A stretch of 55,313 bases of DNA, the filler included, from Squatina squatina (taxonomy: Eukaryota), in NCBI GenBank assembly GCA_031763465.1. It is 2 parts of 2 records of this genome, joined end to end, with 100 filler letters (N's around TTAATTAATTAA, not from the genome) between each part and the next. Parts side by side here need not be neighbours in the genome. Positions count along the whole stretch, not along the records: positions 1 to 28,291 come from JARFOE010000189.1; 1 more part is not named here. The stretch is one strand, 5' to 3'. This document shows, piece by piece, positions 11,946 to 24,679 of this stretch (positions within the stretch are counted from its first letter, which is position 1; the number at the start of each line of letters is the position of its first letter). The notes under the pieces are model-generated. The model was not told the DNA's origin and searched no databases. It worked only from the letters and a program-made list of their open reading frames with translations. The position numbers and the translations under genes are program-made.

Positions 11946-13455
11946 NNNNNNNNNNNNNNNNNNNNNNNNNNNNNNNNNNNNNNNNNNNNNNNNNNNNNNN
12001 NNNNNNNNNNNNNNNNNNNNNNNNNNNNNNNNNNNNNNNNNNNNNGAGGGCATGAAAGTGGATGAGCAGGAGTTTGGACCAATTTGATTAAATTACAATC
12101 TTTTTTCTGTGTCTTAACTATCCATAGTTCTTTTTATTATACAGTTTCACCATCTGTATGACAATATGATTGGTGACAGTTACTACATTACAAGATATTT
12201 TCAGGGCCCAACTGACAAGGTTATTAACTACATCATTTCACAGCTCTACAGTACTGCAGAATAGTGAGATCTGATTTTAAAACATATTCAGTATATATTT
12301 GATAAGGTAACAGCTGCTGGTTCAGAAGTTGGGGAATGTAATCTAATATCACTATTGTGACATGTTTATAAAACCTCAAATGTCAGTCTCACAGTTTACA
12401 ACATTATTTGGGCTTATAAATTGGATTCACAGCTTTGTGAAGGACTGGTTTGGTCAGGTGTAGGAGTAACTATGCAACTAACAGTAGCACATTCAAGGCA
12501 AATCAATTATGCTTTTATTAAAATTGCAGTCAGAAGGCTAACATTACAAGCAATAGTTCTACCATAGCTCTTCAGTCTAGAGTCAAATTAATATTTGGTA
12601 CCTTCTCAAATGAAGTCCCTGCGTATAGTTTGAGAAATTATTTTAGACTAGCAGATCCCCACTGTCCCGCATAATNNNNNNNNNNNNNNNNNNNNNNNNN
12701 NNNNNNNNNNNNNNNNNNNNNNNNNNNNNNNNNNNNNNNNNNNNNNNNNNNNNNNNNNNNNNNNNNNNNNNNNNNCCTAGATTCAATCGCTCCCTTTCAA
12801 GTAAATGTTTTAAATAGACTATGAACTTAATACAAAATAACCCAGCAAAACAGTGCATAATTTTACAGTAAAATCCTTTCTTCCTGTTAAACACCAATAT
12901 AAAGTTTAACAGTCAAAATCCTATTACTTTTTGATAGCATCAGTTAAATGGAAATCATTTTAAATGTCAATTTTGAGTAGCATTATTTTTATTGCATGAT
13001 TATTTCGTGAGAGTTAGAATTTTTGTTCTTTATGCATCAGCAATATTAAACTTTAATTTGTTAAATTATTCTGGTATAAAATGTTGTTTTCAATCATATT
13101 TCCATTTCTCCAGCTACAATACTGTTTGTTATAAAGCCTATATATTTCCGAGTCAGTGTTTTAAAACTATTAAATACCAGATCTGTATGTTAATGTATTT
13201 CAATTACGCGTCTTCTAAATATTATTTTAAGCACTATAAAGTATTTATAGACTGAGAGAAAAAGCTTGCCATGCTGCTAGTATTCATCATGTTATTACCA
13301 AGCTCCTTTATTCAATTACACTTAAAATGTCCTGCCCTTTATAAGAAGGCTTAGATGTACAAAATGGCATGCATTTTAGATTTGTTTTTGATATTGAAAC
13401 ATCTGACCTGCGGCAGAAAGAGTATAAGGCACCCGCCTACAATACTTGCGCAAAA

Positions 13456-13470
13456 CCAGGAGAGGGCAGT
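13456..13470 (+). promoter_or_regulatory. Candidate CTCF site
   Basis: CCAGGAGAGGGCAGT fits CCASNAGRKGGCRSY; motif match only. Confidence 0.35.
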
Positions 13471-16399
13471 GTGTACCACAGAAATCAATTTTGATGGCCA
13501 TTTTTGAATTCTCAGTCTGACCTCTGAGGGGCAGAATTGTAAAATTATTCATGCCAGGCTGGTTTGCTTCACTTCTGGTAAAGAGTAACTAGCTTGTTCC
13601 CTTACAGAAAAGGGACTTCAGAGAAAAGATACATGATGCAGCTGGTCATTTTACGCTTGATTGCTTCGTCAAATATAATTTTAGAAAAAATGTGAACAAC
13701 ATTCAGATTGTCTACCTGGAAAGCAATAGACATTTCCTCAGAGGGTGTCTCTGCTTATATTTTGTCATGCTGCAGACATACACTATTAGTTAATACTTTA
13801 TTTCCTAGGGTCTAAACATATTGCTCCATTCTGTTACCTGCCACTATTTTTAACCCATTCATTTCTTTTTGTATCTCATTTATGTCTACCAACTCAAGCC
13901 AGAAACTAAATACTGAGCAAGAACAGAATGGACAATAAGGGGCCAATAAAAGGTATGCAAGTGGATTAAATATTTAGGATAAGCTTTTTTCACAGTGCAG
14001 AGTTTTACTGGTAACACTTCTGAATTAGATTATTCATACCTTCATTTCATGCTTTTCAACTCATCCTTATTCATTCTTTGAGAAAATTTGATAGAAATTA
14101 CTGTTCATGCTGCTTTGGACACACACTTAATGTGTTGTGCTATTTTAACAGAGTCATAAACCTGTTTATTTTGACTCAATTGATGTGCCCATTAAAATAA
14201 TGGAGAGAGGAATATGATGCAAGTGTGTTAAATGTTCATGCGATAGCATCACTGACAGGAANNNNNNNNNNNNNNNNNNNNNNNNNNNNNNNNNNNNNNN
14301 NNNNNNNNNNNNNNNNNNNNNNNNNNNNNNNNNNNNNNNNNNNNNNNNNNNNNNNNNNNNNATAAAAGACTGAGGAACCTGTGCCTCAAATCATGTTTAT
14401 GCTCAACTCGTGCTACAAAGAAATATGAACTTTCTAAGGCGTACAACATTTTTGTATTTTTGTGAATCCTACCCATTGTTAATATTTTCTCTTAATTCCC
14501 CTACCCTGGCCTCCCATTTCTGCCTGCAGTCAGCCAGGAAGGTGGTGTGTGGCAGATACAAAAACCTGTGATGATTTCACAGCACTATAAACACTAATTA
14601 ATGCTGTTTTAAATGGTCTCTAAATTTAACATTCTTATTTGTTTTTATTCAGTTTTTGAAAGTAATTATTTTTTACAATTTTGCCTTTATCACCAAAGTT
14701 GTCACTTGCCAAATGACCTTCTCAGTGTATTTAAATCAAGATTCCTCCTCCAACTCATTCTTTTGCAGGATCTTCAAACTGTAAAACTCCTGAGGTCTCT
14801 TCAGTCTTACCATTTTCCTAAACTTAGAGTTCTCAAAACCCAAACTCCAACTCAGCTAATTTTTGATATGTTTTCAACTTCCCTCATCTCTTTTTAACCA
14901 CAGTGCTGTCTTGCTGCCTTGGCCCGTCTCTTCAGATTTTTCAGTTAAAACTAGTTTCATTTTTTGGCAGACGTTACAATTGCTATACCCTGAGGGAGTT
15001 TGCATTGTATACTTAAACTTATATCCACAGACACATTTAGCCACACCATTCTGTATTTTACTGGTTGCGATGTCCCTCTGGTGCAGCAAGATGTGGACAG
15101 TCAGTTTCTTTTTCATTCTGATATGAGATGCTTTACTTCACCCAGTAGCCTTGGAAAGAAGTGTCAATACTCCTCCTCTTTGTCGTTGGATCTTGAAATC
15201 ATAAACATTTTTGGATTCAAGCCACCAATTTTTGAGATGTGAAGCACATTATAATCTCTGCCCCAGCAGACTACACAAAACTACTTTTATTAAAAAACAA
15301 TAGGAAGATAGGAAAGATTTAATTGTATTTTGCTGATTTGGTAGAGGTATTTTGATGCTATAACTAAAATAGAGATAGTAGCAAATATGAAAAAATTATA
15401 TCCACAATGAATTGTTTTAGCTGTACAAATTGTATGTTGAAAGCTATTTGCATTGTTTAGTTTGATTACTTTTCAGGACGAGGGAGCATTTATGCAGAAC
15501 TTTATGGAGTAATGTCCATAATAAGGGTACCTAGTCTATTGAAGGAGCAGAGTTGGTATTCTTTATGAATACGAAAAATGCATAACTCCCTGGCGGCAGA
15601 CTTCAATCATGCCAGGATCATCTATATATAATTCCATCTGTAGTGGACTGAATGTTCTGTCAAAGGTTTGCATCAAAAATGCCATGAGCTTAATTCTTTT
15701 TCCTAGCAATCTACTTAAATGGATCAAGTATTCTTAAAATTAGTTTAGTCTTTCAGAATTAAATAATCAGAACTCAGAGAACTATGATTATCTGCACTTA
15801 GTCATAACAGGTACCTGACAGTTAGCTACTACTCAGTCTGCAGCCTGATATTTAATTAGTTTTGCACATCATTAGAAGTGATTTAGCCAGTTCTTTCATT
15901 GCCCTTAGCTATTCAACATATATAACTCCACTGAGATGAAATCTGGAGTGCTGCAGCCCTGCCAGCCACACTCTTATTTTAGTTAAAAAGTAAAAGAAAA
16001 AGTGTCAAGCAGACCGTAAACTCATTTGAATATAACATCAGCTCTATATTTAAATAGGTTAACAATTTGTCTGGTATTTTTGCTCCTGGGAATTTACTTT
16101 TCATAATCAGGCTCAGAACCAGTCCAACATGACAGCCCAAAGACCATCACAGGCTGCAATGATGCACATCAGACTACTTCCCAGGACTGCATTAATTCCC
16201 ACTCTTCCCACATGATTTCTACAAAATAGGCTTCTTAAATGTCCTTAATCCAATCAATTGCACTTAGGTGGCTCCTAGGCCAACTGCTCCTAATAAGAGT
16301 GTCTCTCAGAAAATCATGCCTTGACATCAATACCTGGTGATAACATGAGTAAAATCGCTCCTCCAATCTCAGTTTATAGGGTGCAAGAAATGATGTTCA

Positions 16400-16689
16400 A
16401 TAACAACTTGTATTTATATAGCGCCTTTAACAAAGTAAAACATCCCAGGGCGCTTCACAGGAGCGTTATAAAAAATAAATTGACATCGAGCCACATAAGG
16501 AGATATTGGGGCAGTCAAAGAGGTAGATTTTAAGGAGCATCTGAAAAGGAAGAAAGTGAAGTAGAGAGGTGGAAAGGTTTAGGGAGAGAATTCCACACCT
16601 TAGAGCCTTGGCCGTTGAAGGCATGGCTGCCAATGGTGGGGGGATTAAAATTGGGGATACTCAAGGGGTCAGAATTAGAGGTGCACAGA
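16400..16689 (-). mobile_element. L2 LINE 3' end
   Basis: Minus strand ends ...AAAGGCGCTATATAAATACAAGTTGTT (L2 tail), preceded by GSHAFNGQGSKVWNSLP C-terminal motif. Confidence 0.8.
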
Positions 16690-17611
16690 NNNNNNNNNNN
16701 NNNNNNNNNNNNNNNNNNNNNNNNNNNNNNNNNNNNNNNNNNNNNNNNNNNNNNNNNNNNNNNNNNNNNNNNNNNNNNNNNNNNNNNNNGATCAGAAAAT
16801 GTCCCCATGAGTGTTGCAAGGCCGCTTTAGGATCGCCTGGGATTCCACGATCCCAATGGGTGAAATTTTTCATGTCAGTTTTTCTTCCTCCTTTAACTGG
16901 ACACCTCACCCTTATGAAGTAATCAATTTTGGAACCTAGCCAAGAGCTGATAAACCTGTGCAATAAGATAGGTAGGTCTAAATGACAGGCAATTCTGAAC
17001 TCTGAACTCATGAATTTGTGGCAGGCAGTTGGAAAACTGTAGATTTGAAGTACCTTTGAAGGAAGCTTACAAGCACATAAAAAAACATAAATTGTCACCT
17101 TAATATTTAATTAATCTGAGACAGTTTCCAGTGCTTAAGAGTACAGTAGTGGTTCTTGGGAGGCAAAGTTAATTCTTTGTTTTGCTGTGCTTGTACTTTT
17201 CAGGGACTATGAATAACTCCTTCAGTTTAATTTCAGCCTTAAGGAAAACTGCAAGGCACTGTATCACAAGGCTTAGTTATGCTAATTGGATTGATTTAGC
17301 TTTTGATTTGTATAATTCATTTTTGCACAAACATAGTTCCCACAGGAGATTCCGCTTTTTTTTAAGCCTTGGCAAAGGTTATTTAAAATGCTCAAAAACC
17401 ATCTTACAGGCTGCTGTTGTACACTGATGAGCAGAGGCAGGCAAACGTAATTGGGAATCTGTCGAACGCTTTCTGTTTCATGTGGGGCTGGACGAGCTTG
17501 GACATTCCTGTGTGTGGAGATAATGAGGTCTATCTGGCAGATATAAAATTAGTCCTGTGAGTTATTACTAGGAAATATCTTCCTATTTCCCTTTATTTAA
17601 TAAAAAGTCTT

Positions 17612-17872
17612 TGGGCTCGAAATTCATTGTTCCGGATCGCCTGGGTAGCTCAGGTAACTTTGCCGGCTGGCGAGGCATTCAGGGGTGGGTTTGCGGGGGC
17701 GCCAACAGGATGAGCCTCCGCTGCAGAACCTCGGCGGCCTGAGCGACCCGGCACAGAATTTGGATGCTGAAATGGTGTTGGTGCCTGGTCTTAGCAACGA
17801 CAGCAGGAGCTGTTGTTGCACAGTTGACCCTCGGACGCGGCGCCATTATTTAAAGGAGTGCCATCACCTTCT
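17612..17872. mobile_element. Probable terminus of a GC-rich non-autonomous DNA transposon
   Basis: Abrupt AT-to-GC shift starting GGGCTCGAAATT, similar to other termini in the window; other end lost in gap. Confidence 0.4.
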
Positions 17873-17972
17873 NNNNNNNNNNNNNNNNNNNNNNNNNNNN
17901 NNNNNNNNNNNNNNNNNNNNNNNNNNNNNNNNNNNNNNNNNNNNNNNNNNNNNNNNNNNNNNNNNNNNNNNN

Positions 17973-18580
17973 ACCCCTGGACAAACTCTCCCCCAAGTCA
18001 CTTACAAGGGCACTTTTAAATTTCCAGCTGTCTAACCTTTGGCCCTCCATTTTGGCAGCTAGCATTTTGCTCAATCACACCCTCAACCTCCACCGTTTCC
18101 TTTGTCCGCAGTAAAACTTTTACTCTCTCTCACCCAGGACGTTATCCTGGTACAGTACCCATTTCTGCTACTTGAAGTCCAAGGGACACAGTCTTGAATG
18201 TTTTGAAGGACAAGTGGTTTAGCCATTCATCACCAGATCTGGCTGGACCACATAAAGCACTATTGAGTCCTGCTCTCGACTGCCAAAACTGCTCACTACT
18301 CTAGAATCATCCTGGAATGCAAAGATAACCCCCAGCTTCTTTTCTCCACTGACAAACTTCTTCTTAAAACCCTCTCCCCTGCTCCCTCCACCCTCACCTC
18401 CAATAAATGCAAGGAACTCATGGCCTTCCTGGTCACTAAGATTGAGACCATCCGATCAGCTGCTTCTGCCACTTCCCTCCCTTCCGGGAGCCCCCATGCC
18501 GTCTCTGAGCTTATCTTGTCCATGAGCCCCATTTCCTGCTCCCTCAATCCTATTCCCACCAAACTACTGACTACCCAACT
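17973..18580 (+). mobile_element. L2 LINE ORF2 fragment (between endonuclease and RT)
   Basis: HYSRIILECKDNPQLLFST...FLVTKIETIR...SCSLNPIPTKLL (S.LDPIPT.LL motif). Confidence 0.8.
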
Positions 18581-19663
18581 NNNNNNNNNNNNNNNNNNNN
18601 NNNNNNNNNNNNNNNNNNNNNNNNNNNNNNNNNNNNNNNNNNNNNNNNNNNNNNNNNNNNNNNNNNNNNNNNNNNNNNNNAAACAGTGATCCTAGTGAAA
18701 GTAATTTTCACATTGTGCTCTGGCAGAATACTGACAGTTATAATATTGTATCATCCTTCATATCTTCTCTTGTATAATTAATAACAATACTAAATATATA
18801 CTTTTAAACTAGACATACCAAATGTAGGCAAGGTATGAAGCATACAAAATGTTAAAAGGCCACTTTGTTCAACAAATCTATTTTTCTTTCCTTCAGAGTG
18901 ACACCTAACATAATAGTACCAGTGTACATTCTAATAGCACATGCATTAACTTGATACATTTTGACACTTTAGTCAAACGAATGAAAGAACCTAACACATT
19001 AAAGATTACAAGTTAATTGGCTGTTAGTACTAATGGCTATAGAAATTGTCTATTTTAACTTTCCTGGTATTATGTTGCATCCGGCTGCGACATTGATCTT
19101 GCAAAATTTCAGTGGCTGTTTGGCACTGCTTTGGTGTCTTTCGTCTGCACGCACATAACAAAAGAAATAGCATGTTAAAAAATCATTTTATAAATAGCAA
19201 GGTAACTGAGTTCTATTCTCCACCCAATGAGGGCAGCAAAGCATGTACTTGCATGTCAAAAATTGAACTAATGTATGTTTTAGGAAACAGTCACAACAAA
19301 GAAAGAAAACCAAGAAGCTCTTTGTCCATTAAATTTAAATTCTTAAACCATTTATAGACGTGGATAACAGTTATATGTTGTTAAATGGTGACGCGAGGGA
19401 AGATGTCTTCTGATCACTGTGTTAGTGGCATCATAAACATATTGGGTGAATTTTCTATTTGAAAAGAGCAGGTTTATGATTCCATTAGAAACAGAGATCA
19501 GAGTAAATCTTCATTCAGAGAAAACAGTTGTATAAATTTTTAAGTTATTCATTTATTTTTACTTCTGAGTACAGGATCTAAACCACTTAAATTGGAAAAA
19601 ACACAAAAATAAGCAATTACAATATAGAGACTAATTATCATACCAGACACACAAAATACATAT

Positions 19664-20247
19664 GGGGCCCCAATTCGGCTGCACCTAACTGGACCGCAGC
19701 ATTTGGAGCCCCACAGCCGGAATTGCGCTGCTCAACCAGCGAGGCACTGGGACGCGGCCTTGGTGAATTAGTCACCATTCCGGATCAGCGTTATGTGGCA
19801 ATTTTAAACCGGCATTGCCCCGGCCAATGTCGCTTCACTGCCGGCGCAACCACGCGTGCGCAAACTGCGGCCCCCGCCCTCTGCCTTAAAGGCAAGGGCT
19901 GCAGGCTTACTGTTCACCAAGCGAGGCTGGAGCGAAAAATGTGGGTGAGTGCTTTTGGAGAGGCAATCGGCTGACAATAAAGCTGGCCGATGTTTAAAGT
20001 TGGTGGCTGCTGGTGCAACACCTGCACCTTTTAACGTGCCTTGGCAAAGACAGGAGAAACCTGATCTTATGACGTTGCACGTCTGACCCTGGCGCCAACG
20101 GCGTCCCAGGCAACGCGACCTATACACCGCCGGGGTGCTGGCCCAATACTGTATTTTATCATTTTTTTGACTCTACGCTGCTTTCACGCCCAGGTAGGGC
20201 CACTGATCGGCGCAACCCAGGCATGAAGGCACACCAATTGCGGCCCC
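19664..20247. mobile_element. Complete 584-bp non-autonomous TIR element (Harbinger-like MITE)
   Basis: 5' GGGGCCCCAATT and 3' AATTGCGGCCCC are inverted repeats (11/12); interior is CpG-rich against AT-rich flanks. Confidence 0.75.
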
Positions 20248-20389
20248 CTGATTTATACAAGTAAGTCCTTTTTTAATATTGAATGTAAAATGTTTTCTGC
20301 CCTCCCTTTAAATACTTGTAAGAATGCTCCACTTTAAGAAGAATTATTCCAGTGTAACTCTTGAGGACTATTCATTTAGAGAGAAATCA

Positions 20390-20503
20390 ATGAAATTGTG
20401 ATCAGAGGCGTCCTGTGTGCGGATGCCTCCAATTGCAATTTACTCTGCGTACTTACCTAAGGGTTCTGAATCCACGCGAGTTTGCGATCTTCAGTCCCCC
20501 CCC
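20390..20503 (+). mobile_element. DNA transposon terminus, same family as 33772-33965
   Basis: TGAAATTG...CCTCCAATTGCAA...CGTACTTACC...GGGT...TTTGCGAT..TTCAG aligns to the reverse complement of 33845-33960. Confidence 0.7.
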
Positions 20504-21154
20504 NNNNNNNNNNNNNNNNNNNNNNNNNNNNNNNNNNNNNNNNNNNNNNNNNNNNNNNNNNNNNNNNNNNNNNNNNNNNNNNNNNNNNNNNNNNNNNNNN
20601 NNNGAAAAAAAAAATATTTTCTTTGTTTGAAAGTTCACTTGTTTGCAGCTGCTAGTGAGAAGCTCAGGGGGAGGATGAAAACTGAGACAGTCACCTTGTA
20701 TTCTATTGATAGCTGCAGATGTGTGATTTGTTGCTTAGCAAAAGGCCCTCTTTATTCTGCACTGTGGCAGATGTGATTCAACTCAGTGAATTAAAATGAA
20801 CCACACTAGCATCTTGTCTGAATGGAAAACCAGCAAGAAAAAAAAACTCAGGTGAGATAAGTGATTCATATGAATCTTTTATGCTAAATAATAGAGAAGT
20901 CATTATGATAAATAAAATATTTGTTGCAAACTGATTACATGATAATTGATAATGCATACACTACATATAAGTTCAATCCATTCAAATAAAAATAAATGCC
21001 CCATAAACGTTTTTTATTCACAACCTGCTAATATTGCAAGAATGCATGGGTTTGAAACTTGATTCCTGAGTGCAATTTATTTAACAATAATAAAAAAATT
21101 AACAGCTAATGATCGTTCAACTGTACCACTGATATTTTATTGCATCTCAACCAG

Positions 21155-21390
21155 CTAAGGCACCACTTGTCCCAGAAGTGGTTCATCCAGTTGTGGAGAA
21201 CACAGTTTTTCTGCTAAACGGGTCAACAAAAATGGAGAAAATCTTGATTCATCCACAAAGCCTTTTGTGTGCTTAGGCTTGAAATTATTGTTGATGGCAA
21301 TTGTGCAGGAATGCACAATACATTTGTGTGACATTACTCCATCCATTGTTTTAACAGATACGTTAAGCATAATTAAAGTAAGTTTTGCAT
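21155..21390 (-). CDS. Candidate terminal coding exon; gene unassigned
   Basis: cccctattttaacag acceptor, phase 1, 77 sense codons (AKLTLIMLNVSVKTMDG...DEPLLGQVVP) then TAG; minus-strand AATAAA at 21076-21081 and 21013-21018. Confidence 0.45.
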
Positions 21391-22163
21391 CTGTTAAAAT
21401 AGGGGACAGGGGGCTGCCAAATGAATGTACTATTAATGCTAACAGTAACTTCCAGCCTCTAGTGGTTGTCCTGACTTTCCTTTTCAAGAACAGTTTTAAG
21501 TTATATGAATGNNNNNNNNNNAGGGCCATTTTCATAACCAAGAGAGGTTGCAGGAATTTCCAAGGGCAGATCAGAGGCCCCAGGTTGAATCCTCTGAAAG
21601 CTCAAATGTGCCAAATCATTTTTTTAACTCTGACAGTTTTTTTGCTGCTCTTTCCCAAATCTGAACAACCTATTTTAGCTCCATACTGTCCCTTTTGTTC
21701 AAACTTGAGTCTGTGCAGTTCTTCCTCTTTCTATATCCACTGCCCCATAGAACAGGGCTTTAATTAATCTTAAATCTGAGGAGAAAAGGAGATCAAATGA
21801 TTTAACATGATTAATATGCAAGAATGGCAAGATTTTTTAGTTAAAAAGAAAATCAACTAATTGAATCACCAGAGATGGGAAATCCCTTTTAACTTGAAAT
21901 CTAAATGCATTTTTATTGTTAAGCTGCAATATTATAAATAAACAACATATTATTAATAATTTAGTTGCATAAAATAGGTTTTTAAAGAAAGATTAATTGG
22001 TTTGGTTCCAGCAAATTGTATTATATTTTGATGGATTCAAAATGTAACATTAATTCAAATAGAATGAAATATAATATTTTTGCAGCTTATGTTAAAATAA
22101 CAGTTTTAGTATTGTATGGTTCTGTTTTAGTTAATCATTGCTATATGCACAGAAATTAGCCTT

Positions 22164-22515
22164 TGGCTTAGTGGTAGAAATCCTACCTCTGAGTCAGCAA
22201 GTGAAGATTTCAAAGTCCACTTCACATAGCCCCAGTGAGGGGAGACTAGGTATGGTCTCTAAATGCTGAATTGACATTCAGTGGTGTAGTTGGTCGCCTC
22301 TGTGTCAGAAAGGTTGGATTGGGGCCCAATGCCAGATCGCCCCGGAAAGTGAAGACCAGAGCACCGACTAAATACTGGATTGACGTCCAGCAGGAGTAGT
22401 TGCGCCCAATAGTTGCAGTGGCCAATTCCTATATAAAATGTAGATGGGGCTATTTAACCTTGGTTGCAGCCCACCTCGGGGAAGGTACACAGATGATGAT
22501 GATGATGATAATAAT
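22164..22515 (+). mobile_element. SINE head followed by a second SINE-like element with (GAT)n tail
   Basis: TGGCTTAGTGG A-box-like head at 22164; second head AGTGGTGTAGTTGG near 22280; ends CCTTGGTTGCAGCCCACCTCGGGGAAGG...(GAT)6. Confidence 0.5.
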
Positions 22516-24679
22516 ACTATCTAGTAAGTGGCCCCAAGAATCTGATATGTGAGACTTGAGTTAGGGCCTGCCCTAGGGCAGAACACAAGGGACAGGCTAT
22601 ATTCTCAAGTACTGATAATTTTAGAGATATTCACATTTGTATCTTTATACTCCTCTCCACATGAGAATTCCCTGCTGCTGTTATAATCACTTTTATCAAG
22701 GCCGAGTGACGGCTCTCAAAATAGCAGAAAATTGGATCTGCGATCATGTGGCAAGGTTCAAAAACTGTGTGCATAAAGCCGTTTATGCACAATATTGTTA
22801 AATTGAGTGTTGTAGAACAGCATTTTGATGAAGGTAAAAAAAATCCATATGTGGGTCACAGAAAGTAATTTTATAGCTAGAGACATATAGTTAAGAGTAG
22901 TAGAAAAATGTCTTTATTGCAAACCATAACCATGTTTGGGTTACATAAAGCGGGATTCTGTGTCATGAAATGAAATTCCTTCAATATGACTTCAACAGAT
23001 AATCAATACTAAGAATATATATTTTGTGTTAATACTATTTAGGTTTTGGATAGGCTAAACCGTTAATTGTTCTTACATGTACAATTATTCAACAGAAAAC
23101 ACAACTGACATCANNNNNNNNNNNNNNNNNNNNNNNNNNNNNNNNNNNNNNNNNNNNNNNNNNNNNNNNNNNNNNNNNNNNNNNNNNNNNNNNNNNNNNN
23201 NNNNNNNNNNNNNAAATGAACTGGAAATTTACCTTCTCATTTTTATGATGCTACCCAAGACTCTCATGTACCCAATTTTTAAGAACATTACTTGCACCAA
23301 CAGCTAAAATATTAGGTCTGTGAGGTCACACCCCTTGCGTCTCAACTGACTGTTTCTAGTTATCACAAATGTCGCTTTGACTTGTATCTGATAGTGTTAT
23401 TGATCTGACAGAAAATATACTTACTACAGCTTGAATTGGGATATCTACTTTGAATTCTCTGTGGCCTACAGTCATTTATATGTCAGGAAACCCTGCCAAA
23501 AGCTTGCATGTGGGAATTCAACTGAAAGCAGTTGAAGAGATAGTAACACATTTTATGCAATCTTCCATCTCAAGCAATCAAAAATCAGATTTGCATAAAG
23601 TAATTTGTAGCATTTGCCTAGAGAAGTATCTAAGTAAATTGCTTTAATCTAATTTCAATGCAGAATATGCATATATATTAATAAAGTTGGGGTGAATTGG
23701 ACTTTTGCCTGGGTTGCCTGTGTTTGGATTTACTATTGGACATGACGGCAATGTCACTCCTTATTTTTGTAAGTTACCTCCTGTAGCTGTGAACAGTGGA
23801 NNNNNNNNNNNNNNNNNNNNNNNNNNNNNNNNNNNNNNNNNNNNNNNNNNNNNNNNNNNNNNNNNNNNNNNNNNNNNNNNNNNNNNNNNNNNNNNNNNNN
23901 NNNNNNNNNNNNNNNNNNNNNNNNNNNNNNNNNNNNNNNNNNNNNNNNNNNNNNNNNNNNNNNNNNNNNNNNNNNNNNNNNNNNNNNNNNNNNNNNNNNN
24001 NNNNNNNNNNNNNNNNNNNNNNNNNNNNNNNNNNNNNNNNNNNNNNNNNNNNNNNNNNNNNNNNNNNNNNNNNNNNNNNNNNNNNNNNNNNNNNNNNNNN
24101 NNNNNNNNNNNNNNNNNNNNNNNNNNNNNNNNNNNNNNNNNNNNNNNNNNNNNNNNNNNNNNNNNNNNNNNNNNNNNNNNNNNNNNNNNNNNNNNNNNNN
24201 NNNNNNNNNNNNNNNNNNNNNNNNNNNNNNNNNNNNNNNNNNNNNNNNNNNNNNNNNNNNNNNNNNNNNNNNNNNNNNNNNNNNNNNNNNNNNNNNNNNN
24301 NNNNNNNNNNNNNNNNNNNNNNNNNNNNNNNNNNNNNNNNNNNNNNNNNNNNNNNNNNNNNNNNNNNNNNNNNNNNNNNNNNNNNNNNNNNNNNNNNNNN
24401 NNNNNNNNNNNNNNNNNNNNNNNNNNNNNNNNNNNNNNNNNNNNNNNNNNNNNNNNNNNNNNNNNNNNNNNNNNNNNNNNNNNNNNNNNNNNNNNNNNNN
24501 NNNNNNNNNNNNNNNNNNNNNNNNNNNNNNNNNNNNNNNNCCTAAAAATCATATAACAAACCTGTTCTCATCGTCATTTGTTTTTGTTAATGACTGTCCT
24601 TTTTAAGTAAATGTAAGGAAAAAAAAAGTAATTAAAACGACGAGGATAAGAATATTTGGCGATGTCCCTGCTCGATTTT

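Noticed and set aside
19664-20247. CpG island promoter or bacterial insert
   Set aside because: Bounded by terminal inverted repeats and lacks a credible ORF; better explained as a MITE
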